Positions 23,401 through 35,853 of a DNA stretch of 64,000 nt are shown here, in pieces. The notes beneath the pieces were generated by a model, which did not search any database, was not told the DNA's origin, and saw nothing but the letters and a program-made list of their open reading frames with translations. Location of the stretch: NCBI RefSeq assembly GCF_006345805.1, contig NC_043001.1:65658001-65722000 (forward strand). The letters run 5' to 3'. The stretch comes from Octopus sinensis. Its lineage: Eukaryota. A program made the translations under genes and the position numbers. The number at the start of each line of letters is the position of its first letter. Position 1 is the stretch's first letter.

Positions 23401-26182
23401 AATTCTTTTTTATTGGCCTCAAGGGCTGACACACATGATTAGAAAACATAAAGGGACAAAACAGGACGAAAGGTTACAGAGGGTTTTGTCCGTTTGTGAA
23501 AATATCGTGTAAAAACAGTTTAACATGAAAGATTGTAACAAGGAAAAACTCCCAATAGGGGATGCGCTTCGAAAGGTTCCTGGTGGAAAAAAACCCATAA
23601 AAGCCAACGGGAGCCTGGTCAAAAATGGGGGTAGAGAGTCCCTTTTCTCCTTTTATATTACCTTTTTGAATCACAGGCGAAACCTGAGAACTGGTCCATT
23701 TATACTGGCCATTCTCGCACAATTCACCCACCTTTCAGAAAACTTGCTATCGGACAGTACTCTCCTCTCTAACCTCATCTTCCTTTTCAAGTGAAACTTG
23801 AAAAAGTTGATGAGGCCTTGACCAAAGAGGAAAGTGTCTGACTTTAGCCCTTTCAAACGGGTCCACCATACAACCTCTTTCGCCACAGTCACTAGGCACA
23901 AGAAAACGGCCTCGCCCTCCTTGTTAAAGGAGGTCGGCGGGGCAATCTTTACTATGGATTCGGCCGATAGCCGGATCCGTCCTACACGTGACAGTAGCTG
24001 TTCGACATAAACCCATAGTTCAGCAATACTCGGGCACTGGACGAGTGCGTGCAGAACGGTTTCGTCATCCTGGCAACACCTCGGGCAGGCTCGGCTGACG
24101 GCACTTCCGTGCCGGTAGAGTTTATCTCGAACAGGCAGAGCCCCTCGCATTTTTCCTCCACTAACCCTCTATAGAACGCTAGAGTGGAGCTAAAACCGAT
24201 CGCATTGCCCGCCTGGTGGAGGGCGAAGAGAGCTTGACGGCACTCAAGGTGCCAAGCGCCCTTTCTCGGTCTACGTTTGATCCAGGTCTGCAGCTTTGTC
24301 AAAGAGACGAGCTGCGGAAAATCGCGTCTGACAAAAGACGACCACACCTGTTCACCGTCTAGGAAGCGCTTGAGATGTCGCAGCCTGAGCGCATGTCTGC
24401 GCATCAGCAACCACGGCATTCCAAGGCCTCCGTTCAGCGGTCGTTGACAGCAGATGGATCGCCTGACCAGTGGCACCTGACCTTTCCACAAAATGTCGAA
24501 GAGCAGGCGTACCAGCTTGGCCAACCAGCGGTTGGGACAAGGGACGGCGGTCAAGCGGTAATAGATGACGGATGCGATGTACGCATTCTCCACCTCCGCT
24601 CGACCTTTCAGGGACAGCTTCCTCTCGGCCCATTTCTAGGTGAGACGTGCCACCCTGCTCGTCACGTCTTCCCAGTTTTTATCCACCTGGAGGTCCGGAC
24701 CGAACCAGACCTCGAGCAGTTTAACGGGTCCGTCTGTCCAGCGCCCTACGACGCTGTTGGACGGCATGGGCTTGCCTCTCCAGGTGCCCAGTTGCAAGCC
24801 CACAGATTTTCTGCGTTAATCTTTGCCCCTGTCACCGCTTCGTACTCGTTTAGTGCCTCGCCAATCACGGTGACGTCGTCGGCATAGGCAGACACGCTGT
24901 TTCCGCCTCCTAGATCGCGCGGGATACCTCTCAAAGTCTCCAACTTGCGCAGTAATGGCTCGAGAGTCAATATGTACAAGAGGGAGGAGAGAGGGCATCC
25001 TTGGCGGACCGAACGCGAGATGTCGAACGCTTCCGAAAGGTGACCGTTCACCCGTATCACCGAGCTGATGTTGCTGTATAAAGCAGCTATCCACCCGCGG
25101 AAGACTGGACCGAAGCCGGCTGCCTTGAGGACAGCTGCCAGGTACCGATGGTCGACCCTATCGAAGGCTTTACTCTGATCTAAGTTGATCATAGCCCCAC
25201 CCGCGCCAGTGTCGTTACCCACCCTCTCTATGATGTAGCGCATGAGATGGAGGTTGTCGTGTATCGACCTGGTCGGCACGGCGCAAGGTGGGTTGGGACG
25301 AGTAACAAGTTTTCTGTTTGCAAGGGCGAAATGGCATGCGCCCTTGCTTCCTCCTCCGTTCGAAAGCGAACCTCTACGGTTCCAAAACGCTTCCCCTTGG
25401 TTACGTAGCTCTTTTGGCTCCAAATGGGCTTTAGAGCTATTTCTAATTGTTGGGGTGTGGCGTTTGTTGGTTTCTTTAATTTTTTATCGAAAATTTTGTA
25501 GGTGATTGTTTTTTGTTTCGTTTTATCAATCACCTCTTGTGGAGTATTGAGGAAGATGCTGTTGCCATCCTTCCTCAATAATTCCGTTGCCTTTTTAATG
25601 TCCTCTAACGTGACATCTACTTGATCCGAAACCTGCAACGGAAGCAAAACCGTTGGAAATTTCTTCACTTTTTTTTGTGTTCGTGTTTGTGTCTATCTTT
25701 GTTATAGCTTTCCCTTCCTCCTCCTTCGGTACCATAGCTCTGGTATTGGGTAGAGGAGTAAAATCTTGAATGACGTCGAACGTGATGTCCTTGTTTTCAT
25801 TCTCCTTACGAACGGTGCACGTGCTTTCCGCTTCGGAAGGAGGATCTCTGTTGCCTTTTATGGCGCGAAGTGGGTGTTTTAGAAGAGTTTTTGTTAATGT
25901 GTGTGTTTGCGGTGTTGGAAGAAAGGAACAGCCGACTGTTCGCTTCATAGCCATGTTTGTTGAAATGTATTTATAATTTTCAAATGTTCAAAATTCAAAA
26001 CGCAATTTTACCCCCAATGGGTTAAAATTTTGCCTAGCCAACTAGCTTCGCAAGAAGTTAGTCGGCTTGGCCACACAAATATCGAAAAATATTACAACTT
26101 TTAGAAAAATTTCCAATAAAATTGGCACAAAACTCACAAAACTCACAGAGCCGCTTCACATACGTCCGTCGTCTCGGAGAGA
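23401..26182 (-). mobile_element. Tx1/L1-clade LINE copy C: both ends intact, ~2.9 kb internal deletion fusing ORF1 to the RT region
   Basis: Junction at 25285/25286 (ORF1 LLLVPTHL joined to ORF2 CAVPTRSIHDN). ORF2 part is highly similar to copy E. Confidence 0.95.
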
Positions 26183-26200
26183 AATAATAATAATACTAAT

Positions 26201-29200
26201 CAATTCTTTTTTATTGGCTACAAGGGCTGACACGCATGATTACATAAAGGGACAAAACAGGACGAAAGGTTACAAAGGGTTTTGTCCGTTTTTGAAAAAC
26301 ATCGAGTAAAAATCTTTATAACAATGTAAAAAATTCAACAATGAAAAACTCCCAAAAGGGGGAGACGTTTCGAAAGGTTCCTGGTGGAAAAAAACCTACA
26401 AAAGCCAACGGGAGCCTGGTCAAAAAAAAGGGGTGTAGAGAGTCCCTTTTTTCTCCTTTTACATTACCTTTTTGAAATTACAGGCGAAACCTGAGAACTG
26501 GTCCATTTATACTGGCCAGTCTCGCACAATTCACCCACCTTTCATAAAACTTGCTATCGGACAGCACTTTCCTCTCTAACCTCATCTTCCTTTTCAAGTG
26601 AAACTTGAAAAAATTGATGAGGCCTTGACCAAAGAGGAAAGTGTCGGACTTTAGCCCTTTCAAACGAGTCCACCACACGACCTCTTTCGCCACAGCCACT
26701 AGGCACAAGGAAACGGCCTCGCCCTCCTTGTTAAAGGAGGTCGGTGGGGCAATCTTCACAATGGATTCGGCCGATAGTCGGATCCGTCCTACACGTGACA
26801 GTAGCTGTTCGACATAAACCCATATTTCAGCAATACTCGGGCACTGGACGAGTGCGTGCAGAACGGTTTCGTCGTCCTGGCAACACCTCGGGCAGGCTCG
26901 GCTGACGGCACTTCCGTGCCGGTAGAGTTTATCTCGAACAGGCAGAGCCCCTCGGTAGCACTGCCAGGCGAGAAACCTCTGGAAATTATCCATCGGCCCC
27001 GGCCCGAAAGTCCTCCCGAACAGACCGCTCAGTTCGTCGTCTTCAACGCCTAGAGTTTCCCCCAGAACGTCGTCGCATTTTTCCTCCACTAACCCTCTAT
27101 AGAACGCTAGAGTGGAGCTGTAACCGATCGCATTGCCCGCCTGGCGGAGGGAAGAGAGGGCTTGACGGCACTCAAGGTGCCAAGCGCCCTTTCTCGGTCT
27201 ACGTTTGATCCAGGTCTGCAGCTCCGTCAAAGAGACGAGCTGCGGAAAATTGCGTCTGACAAAAGACGACCACACCTGTTCACCGTCTAGGAAGCGCTTG
27301 AGATGCCGCAGCCTGAGCGCATGTCTGCACAACAGCAACCACGGCATTCCAAGGCCTCCGTTCAGCGGTCGTTGACAGCAGATGGATCGCCTGACCAGTG
27401 GCACCTGACCTTTCCACAAAAAATCGAAGAGCAGGCGTACCAGCTTGGCCAACCAGCGGTCGGGACAAGGGACGACGGTCAAGCGGTAATAGATGACGGA
27501 TGCGATGTACGCATTCGCCACCTCCGCTCGACCTTTCAGGGACAGCTTCCTCTCGGCCCATTTCTGGGTGAGACGTGCCACCCTGCTCGTCACGTCTTCC
27601 CAGTTCTTATCCACCTGGAGGTCCGGACCGAACCAGACCCCGAGCAGTTTAACGGGTCCGTCTGTCCAGCGCCCTACGACGCTGTTGTACGGCATGGGCT
27701 TGCCTCTCCAGGTGCCCAGTTGCAAGCCTACAGACTTTTCCGCGTTAATCTTTGCCCCTGTCACCGCTTCGTACTGGTTTAGCGTCTCGCCAATCAGGCC
27801 AATGTGCCTGTGGCTCGACACCACCACAGTGACGTCGTCGGCATAAGCAGACACGCTGTTTCCGCATCCTAGATCGCGCGGGATACCCCTCAAAGCCTCC
27901 AACTTGCGCAGTAATGGCTCGAGAGTCAAAATGTACAAGAGGGAGGAGAGAGGGCATCCTTGGCGGACCGAACGCGAGATGTCGAACGGTTCCGAAAGGT
28001 GACCGTTCACCCGTATCACCGAGCTGATGTTGCTGTATAAAGCAGCTATCCACCCGCGGAAGACTGGACCGAAGCCGGCTGCCTTGAGGACAGCTGCCAG
28101 GTACCGATGGTCGACCCTATCGAAGGCTTTACTCTGATCCAAGTTGATCAAAGCCCCACCCGCGCCAGCGTCGTTACCCACCCTCTCTATGATGTAGCGC
28201 ATGAGATGGAGGTTGTCGTGTATCGACCTGGTCGGCACGGCGCATGTCTGCGTCTTGTCGACCAGCTTGTCCACGACAAGTGCCAATCTCTTGGCTAGCA
28301 CCTTGGCCAAAATCTTCAACTCTGCATGGAGCAGAGTGATGGGCCGAAAATTCCCTATAACGTCCCCCTTGTTTGTGTCCTTCTTTTGCAAAGCCACCAC
28401 CCCTCGACAGACAAAAGCAGGAATTCTCCCGTTTTGCTGCCAGTTGCAGTAGACGTTTGCCAACAGGTCCGCAAACAAGTCTGGCATTGAAAAGTAAAGC
28501 TCGTAGGGCAGACCATCCAAACCCGGCGATCTACCTCTCGTGCAACTCTTCATCGCTTCCTGTACTTCCCAGGCAGATATCGGTCCTTCGCAGCACTCTG
28601 CCTCGCTGTCCGAGAGTTGCGGTAGGCCGTCCAGGTACACACCGAAGTCTGCACCGTTGTCCGTTCCACCGCACGTCCCAAACAGTTGAGCAAAGTGCCG
28701 CTGAAGCACCGTACACATCTGCTTCGGTTCGGTAACCTCGCGCCCGTTCTGCTCCACCAAAGACCGAATGGTTGCTCTGTTGCCTCGCTTCGCCTCCGCC
28801 ACGCGGGCCCATCGAGCGGCTCTAGTCCCCTCCCCGCTTAGCGAACGTGCCTTAGCTCTGACAACGCAACCTTCGTGTTTGGCGTCGAAGTGTTGGTCGA
28901 GGGCCAACCTTGCCGCCAACACGTCGGTCGCGATGCCAGTCTCAAGAGCCTCGTCTAGTTTCTTAACTAAATCCCGCTCTCTCTTCCTACGTTCAATAGC
29001 TAGAGTCTTACTATACCTAATCGACTCTACTCTAATTGCTCTCTTGAGGGCAAACCACCAGTTGTTGTTGATGATTGCCCCGTGAGCGCCCGCTTAACTA
29101 GTAAACTAATTCGGTCTCTGTAAGCTTTGCACGCCGTTAACGACGCGTTCAGCTTCCAGTAGCCGGGTCCCTGTTTATGTAGCCTATCTAAGTCGACCGT

Positions 29201-31229
29201 ACAGATCACTAATTTGTGGTCTGTATATTCGACTAGGTTGAATTGTGGACACCCTACGCTGTCCTTATCCGCTGGCCTACAAAACACTCTATCTAAGTAC
29301 GATCTAGACGACCCGATGCGGTTTGTCCAAGTCCACATTGGCACATTCGGGTTGTCTAGTCGAAACCTGTCGGACAGCTGAAAGCGGCCGAGTAGGTTGG
29401 CGAGGCTCTTGCACCCTCCCCCTCTCCTATCAGACGCTCCCCTGCCCACCCGATCGAAACGTTCGTCTAAGACAGCGTTCCAATCCCCAACTAGCACTAG
29501 AGTGCGTGACGTTCCCTGGAAAATTTCCAGACGTTTGAAATAATCCGACTGCTCTGTCCTGTTGGAGCGTAGGCAGCCAGCAATCTGAAAGCACCGCCGT
29601 CACTACCGTCCACGTCGAGGACCACCAACTTACCTTCCGGATCCAAGAAGACTGTCCTTATTTTCAGGTCCAGGCCCTTCCGAAACAACACCGCAGTACC
29701 ACCACCGCCCGCTCCCGGCCGACACGGAGATAGAAATATCTCGTATCCGCCGAAAAGGGCTGCAAGTTCCTGCGGGTCGGAGAGCCTGGTTTCACTGATG
29801 GCTGCTACATCCACATCATGAAACCTCAGGTCGTTTAACAGGTGACCCTGTTTCCAAGGTGACCCGAGGCCTCTCACATTCAAGCAACCGTTTCTAAGAT
29901 TTGCCATGTTTCAAAAGTTAGGAAACTGGTGATGGTGTTGGTGGTGTGGCAGCCTTTGGTGTTTCGTGCTGTTTTTGTTGTTTCTGTTGTTGTTGTTGTT
30001 GTTGTTGCTGCCTGTTGCTATACTCCTCCATTCTCTTTTTTTGAATGGGGCAGTCCCTTTTCAGGTGGCTTTCGCTACTGCAGAGGAAACATTTTGGCTT
30101 TCGCCCCTCTACAGTAACATTTAGCCTGGTCCCATCCAGTAAGATGACAAAGTCAGGTATGGCATTGATGTTTTCCTGCTGGATCTGTACCAGCAGTTGA
30201 ATACCCATACCTGACCAGTTCTTTTCTCGTACCCTCCGAACATTCAGAATAGTGGCAGTGTCCTCTATGCCATAGAGGACAGCCGCCACTAGCCATGAGA
30301 TTTTCTGTTCGGGGGGTATTGTGTTGATTGTTATTTTTTGTACCTTACGCCCGAGGTACGTCGGAACGAGGAACAAATGTTCATTTTGCAAGGGCGAAAT
30401 GGCACGCGCCCATGCTTGCTCCTCTGTTGGGAAGCGAACCTCCACGGTTCCAAATCGCTTCCCTCTTGTCACATAGCTCTTTTGGCCCCAAATGGGCTTC
30501 AGAGCCATTTATAACTGTTGTGGTGTGGCGTTAACCAGTCTTTTAGTTTTCTTTTCGAAAACTTTGTAGAATATTGTTTTTTTGTTCGTGTCATGTATGA
30601 GTTGTTGAGGTGTGTTGAGGAAAACACTGTTTCCATCTTTTCTCAACAACTCTTTTGCCATTTTAATATCTTCCATCGAAATTTGTATCTCTTCCGAAAT
30701 CTGCTTCGCAGCTGAAGCAAAACCTTTGGAATTTTCTTCAATTTTTATTTCTTTGTTTATTTCTCTCTTATTCATATCATTCCCTTCCTCCCCCTTCGGT
30801 ACTATAACATTAGTTGAAGGTAGAGGGGGGAAATCTAAAATGACGTCTTATTTGGAACGCTTTGCTTTTCAGCACGTTCCATTGTAACGTTTTCTTTGCC
30901 TTTTACGGCTTGAAATGGGCGGTTCGGAACCGCTGACGAAATTTTTTTTCTTGTGGAGGGGATGGTGTTGCAAGGAGGGAAGAGCCAGCAGCTCTTTTCA
31001 ACGACATTTTGGAAATGTGTGTGTGCAAAATAATGTGAATGTCAATAATATAAACAGTAATTTCACCCCCTCAGGGGTAAAATTTTGCCTAGCCAACTAG
31101 CTCTGTAAAAAGTTAGTCGGCTTGGCCACACAAATATTAAAAAAATATTACAACTCACAAACAAATTTCCAATGAAATTGGCACAAAACTCACGGAGCTT
31201 CCGGAGACACGTCCATCCGCGTTGGAAGA
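26201..31229 (-). mobile_element. Tx1/L1-clade LINE copy D: near full-length, few lesions
   Basis: ORF2 26478-29907 with two frameshifts. ORF1 29918-31007 with an internal stop and loss of the C-terminus and inter-ORF spacer. Confidence 0.95.
26478..29907 (-). pseudogene. Tx1 ORF2 (APE-RT-CCHC), frameshifted
   Basis: Three ORF pieces (136, 156 and 814 aa) nearly identical to the 1144-aa ORF. Confidence 0.95.
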
Positions 31230-31525
31230 AATAATAATAATAATCAATTCTTTTTTATTGGCCACAAGGGCTAACACGCATGATTACATAAAGGGACAAG
31301 ACAGGACGAAAGGTTACAAAGGGTTTTGCCGTTTTTTAAAAACATCGAGTAAAAATCTTTATAACAACTTATAAAATTCAACAATGAAAAACTCCCAAAA
31401 TGGGGAGACGTCTCGAAATGTTCCCGGTGGAAAAAACCCTACAAAAGCCAACGGGAGCCTGGTCAAAAAAAGGGGGTGTAGAGAGTCCCCTTTCTTCTCC
31501 TTTTACATTACCTTTTTCTTTGAAA

Positions 31526-34500
31526 TCACAGGCGAAACCTGAGAACTGGTCCATTTATACAGGCCAGTCTCGCACAATTCACCCACCTTTCATAAAACTT
31601 GCTATCGGACAGCACTTTCCTCTCTAACCTCATCTTCCTTTTCAAGTGAAACTTGAAAAAGTTGATGAGGCCTTGACCAAAGAGGAAAGTGTCTGACTTT
31701 AGCCCTTTCAAACGAGTCCACCACACGACTTCTTTCGCCACAGCCACTAGGCACAAGAAAACGGCCTCGCCCTCCTTGTTAAAGGAGGTCGGCGGGGCAA
31801 TCTTCACTATGGATTCGGCCGATAGTCGGATCCGTCCTATACGTGACAGTAGCTGTTCGACATAAACCCATATTTCAGCAATACTCGGGCACTGGACGAG
31901 TGCGTGCAGAACGGTTTCGTCGTCCTGGCAACATCTCGGGCAGGCCCGGCTGACGGCACTTCCGTGCCGGTAGAGTTTATCTCGAACAGGCAGAGCCCCT
32001 CGGTAGCACTGCCAGGCGAGAGACCTCTGGAAATTATCCATCGGCCCCGGCCCGAAAGTCCTCCCGAACAGACCGCTCAGTTCGTCGTCTTCAACGCCTA
32101 GAGTTTCCCCGAGAACGTCGTCGCATTTTTCCTCCACTAACCCTCTATAGAACGCTAGAGTGGAGCTGTAACCGACCGCATTGCCCGCCTGGTGGAGGGC
32201 GGAGAGGGCTTGACGGCACTCGAGGTGCCAAGCGCCCTTTCTCGGTCTACGTTTGATCCAGGTCTGCAGCTCCGTCAAAGAGACGAGCTGCGGAAAATCG
32301 CGTCTGACAAAAGACGACCACACCTGTTCACCGTCTAGGAAGCGCTTGAGATGCCGCAGCCTGAGCGCATGTCTGCGCAACAGCAACCACGGCATTCCAA
32401 GGCCTCCGTTCAGCGGTCGTTGACAGCAGATGGATCGCCTGACCAGTGGCACCTGACCCTTCCACAAAAAGTCGAAGAGCAGGCGTACCAGCTTGGCCAA
32501 CCAGCGGTCGGGACAAGGGACGACGGTCAAGCGGTAATAGATGACGGATGCGATGTACGCATTCGCCACCTCCGCTCGACCTTTCAGGGACAGCTTCCTC
32601 TCGGCCCATTTCTGGGTGAGACGTGCCACCCTGCTCGTCACCTCTTCCCAGTTCTTATCCACCTGGAGGTCCGGACCGAACCAGACCCCGAGCAGTTTAA
32701 CGGGTCCGTCTGTCCAGCGCCCTACGACGCTGTTGGACGGCATGGGCTTGCCTCTCCAGGTGCCCAGTTGCAAGCCCACAGACTTTTCCGCGTTAATCTT
32801 TGCCCCTGTCACCGCTTCGTACTGGTTTAGCGTCTCGCCAATCAGGCCAATGTGCCTGTGGCTCGACACCACCACGGTGACGTCGTCGGCATAAGCAGAC
32901 ACGCTGTTTCCGCCTCCTAGATCGCGCGGGATGCCCCTCAAAGCCTCCAACTTGCGCAGTAATGGCTCGAGAGTCAAAATGTACAAGAGGGAGGAGAGAG
33001 GGCATCCTTGGCGGACCGAACGCGAGATGTCGAACGGTTCCGAAAGGTGACCGTTCACCCGTATCACCGAGCAGATGTTGCTGTATAAAGCAGCGATCCA
33101 CCCGCGGAAGACTGGACCGAAGCCGGCTGCCTTGAGGACAGCTGCCAGGTACCGATGGTCGACCCTATCGAAGGCTTTACTCTGATCCAAGTTGATCAAA
33201 GCCCCACCCGCGCCAGCGTCGTTACCCACCCTCTCTATGATGTAGCGCATGAGATGGAGGTTGTCGTGTATCGACCTGGTCGGCACGGCGCATGTCTGCG
33301 TCCCGCCGACCAGCTTGTCCACGACAAGCGCCAATCTCTTGGCTAGCACCTTGGCCAAAATCTTCAACTCTGCATTGAGCAGAGTGATGGGCCGGAAATT
33401 CCCTATAACGTCCCCCTTGTTTGGGTCCTTCTTTAGCAAAGCCACCACCCCTCGACAGACAAAAGCAGGAATTCTCCCGTTTTGCTGCCAGTTGCAGTAG
33501 ACGTTTGCCAACAGGTCCGCAAACAAGTCTGGCATTGAAAAGTAAAGCTCGTAGGGCAGACCATCCAAACCCGGCGATCTACCTCTCGTGCAACTCTTCA
33601 TCGCTTCCTGTACTTCCCAGGCAGATATCGGTCCTTCGCAGCACTCTGCCTCGCTGTCCGAGAGTTGCGGCAGTCCGTCCAGGTACACACCGAAGTCTGT
33701 ACCGTTGGTGTCCGTTCCACCGCTCGTCCCAAACAGTTGAGCAAAGTGCCGCTGAAGCACCGTACACATCTGCTTCGGTTGGGTAACCTCGCGCCCGTTC
33801 TGGTCCACCAAAGACCGAATGGTTGCTCTGTTGCCTCGCTTCGCCTCCGCCACGCGGGCCCATCGAGCGGCTCTAGTCCCCTCCCCGCTTAGCGAACGTG
33901 CCTTAGCTCTGACAACGCAGCCTTCGTGTTTGGCGTCGAAGTGTTGGTCGAGGGCCAACCTTGCCGCCAACACGTCGGTCGCGATGCCAGTGTCAAGAGC
34001 CTCGTCTAGTTTCTTAACTAAATCCCGCTCTCTCTTCCTACGTTCAATAGCTAGAGTCTTACTATACCTAATCGACTCTACTCTAATTGCTCTCTTGAGG
34101 GTAAACCACCAGTTGTTGTTGATGATTGCCCCCGTGAGCGCCCGCTTAACTAGTAAACTAATCCGGTCTCTGTAAGCTTTGCACGCCGTTAACGACGCGT
34201 TCAGCTTCCAGTAGCCGGGTCCCTGTCTATGTAGCCTATCTAAGTCGACCGTACAGATCACTAATTTGTGGTCCGTATATTCGACTAGGTGGAATTGTGG
34301 ACACCCTACGCTGTCCTTATCCGCTGGCCTACAAAACACTCTATCTAAGTACGATCTAGACGACCCGATGCGGTTTGTCCAAGTCCACATTGGCACATTC
34401 GGGTTGTCTAGTCGAAACCTGTCGGACAGCTGAAAGCGGCCAAGTAGGTTGGCGAGGCTCTTGCACCCTCCCCCTCTCCTATCAGACGCTCCCCTGCCCA

Positions 34501-34960
34501 CCCGATCGAAACGTTCGTCTAAGACAGCGTTCCAATCCCCAACTAGTACTAGAGTGCGTGACGTTCCCAGGAAAACTTCCAGACGTTTGAAATAATCCGA
34601 CTGCCCTGCTCCTGTCGGAGCGTAGGCAGCCAGCAGTCTGAAAGCACCGCCGTCACTACCGTCCACGTCGAGGACCACCAACTTACCTTCCGGATCCAAG
34701 AAGACTGTTCTTATTTTCAGGTCCAGGCCCTTCCGAAACAACACCGCAGTACCACCACCGCCCGCTCCCGGCCGACACGGAGATAGAAATATCTCGTATC
34801 CGCCGAAAAGGGCTGCGAGTTCCTGCGGGTCGGAGAGCCTGGTTTCACTGATGGCTGCTACATCCACATCATGAAACCTCAGGTCGTTTAACAGGTGACC
34901 CTGTTTCCAAGGTGACCCGAGGCCTCTCACATTCAAGCAACCGATTCTAAGATTTGCCAT
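31526..34960 (-). CDS. Tx1-clade ORF2 protein, 1144 aa: AP-like endonuclease, reverse transcriptase, C-terminal CCHC finger
   Basis: LNVRG, SET, GDWN, SYLDR, TDH (endonuclease); SPGLDGLP, NFRPITL, DQSKAFD, RQGCPLS, YADD (RT); CPRCCQDDETVLHALVQC. Confidence 0.97.
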   Translation of the reverse strand: MANLRIGCLNVRGLGSPWKQGHLLNDLRFHDVDVAAISETRLSDPQELAALFGGYEIFLSPCRPGAGGGGTAVLFRKGLDLKIRTVFLDPEGKLVVLDVDGSDGGAFRLLAAYAPTGAGQSDYFKRLEVFLGTSRTLVLVGDWNAVLDERFDRVGRGASDRRGGGCKSLANLLGRFQLSDRFRLDNPNVPMWTWTNRIGSSRSYLDRVFCRPADKDSVGCPQFHLVEYTDHKLVICTVDLDRLHRQGPGYWKLNASLTACKAYRDRISLLVKRALTGAIINNNWWFTLKRAIRVESIRYSKTLAIERRKRERDLVKKLDEALDTGIATDVLAARLALDQHFDAKHEGCVVRAKARSLSGEGTRAARWARVAEAKRGNRATIRSLVDQNGREVTQPKQMCTVLQRHFAQLFGTSGGTDTNGTDFGVYLDGLPQLSDSEAECCEGPISAWEVQEAMKSCTRGRSPGLDGLPYELYFSMPDLFADLLANVYCNWQQNGRIPAFVCRGVVALLKKDPNKGDVIGNFRPITLLNAELKILAKVLAKRLALVVDKLVGGTQTCAVPTRSIHDNLHLMRYIIERVGNDAGAGGALINLDQSKAFDRVDHRYLAAVLKAAGFGPVFRGWIAALYSNICSVIRVNGHLSEPFDISRSVRQGCPLSSLLYILTLEPLLRKLEALRGIPRDLGGGNSVSAYADDVTVVVSSHRHIGLIGETLNQYEAVTGAKINAEKSVGLQLGTWRGKPMPSNSVVGRWTDGPVKLLGVWFGPDLQVDKNWEEVTSRVARLTQKWAERKLSLKGRAEVANAYIASVIYYRLTVVPCPDRWLAKLVRLLFDFLWKGQVPLVRRSICCQRPLNGGLGMPWLLLRRHALRLRHLKRFLDGEQVWSSFVRRDFPQLVSLTELQTWIKRRPRKGAWHLECRQALSALHQAGNAVGYSSTLAFYRGLVEEKCDDVLGETLGVEDDELSGLFGRTFGPGPMDNFQRSLAWQCYRGALPVRDKLYRHGSAVSRACPRCCQDDETVLHALVQCPSIAEIWVYVEQLLSRIGRIRLSAESIVKIAPPTSFNKEGEAVFLCLVAVAKEVVWWTRLKGLKSDTFLFGQGLINFFKFHLKRKMRLERKVLSDSKFYERWVNCARLACINGPVLRFRL

Positions 34961-34998
34961 GTTTCAAAAGTTAGGGAAAAAAAAGGAGAAAAAAGGCT

Positions 34999-35822
34999 CT
35001 ACTTACTGTTGTTGGTGGTGGGGGTGGCTCCCTTGTGCTTTTGCACGGGTGCTTTAATAATATTTTTGTAAAGTTTCTGAGAGAAACTTTTCCCTAACGA
35101 TCCCACATCGTTAGGGAATATTTGTTTTATTTCGTTGTAAACTGTTTTGTTTATTTTAATTGTGAGAATGTGTGCTGGTGGTGTGTTGTGTGTAGGTATT
35201 ATGAAATCTGTAATGTTTGTGCTTGTTTTGTTTTTCAAATACTCAACCAGTTCCTGGTTTCTTGTATTCACTGCTGTAATCGTGTCTGTAATTGTGTCTG
35301 TGTTTGTTTGTGTCTGTGGTAGTGGCAGTAGTGGTGTCGAAAGTGTTGTTGTTGTTGTTTGTTGTTGTGCGTGTGTGTTGTTGTTGATGTTGTTGTTGAT
35401 GTTGGGAAGTACTGTTTGTTCGTGCTTCCCCTGTAAATCTTTTTGTCTTTTCCTCCTTTTCTTTTTTGGAGGAACTATGTTCCATTCTCCTTTGTTGGAA
35501 TCGGAGCTCGCACAATCCGAGATCTCTTCATCCGGCAAAGGAATGGTTGAGGGGTCTGCTTCAGTAGCAGGACGAAAAGTTTCTGGTTCCACCGGTATCG
35601 GTGGTGCCGCTGCTCCTGTTACTGTTGATGTCGCTGCTGTCGACCTTCGAGGTACTGGTGTCGGTGTTGGTTTGCTGGTGGTTGTCGGTGTTGGTTTGGT
35701 GGTGGTTGTTGTTGTTGGAGGTGGTGTTGTTCGTCTTGGTGCTGGTGTTGGTGATGGTGTTGGTGGTGTGGCAGCCTTTGGTGTTTCTTGCTGTTTTTGT
35801 TGTTTCTGTTGTTGTTGCTTGT

Positions 35823-35853
<31 letters not shown>

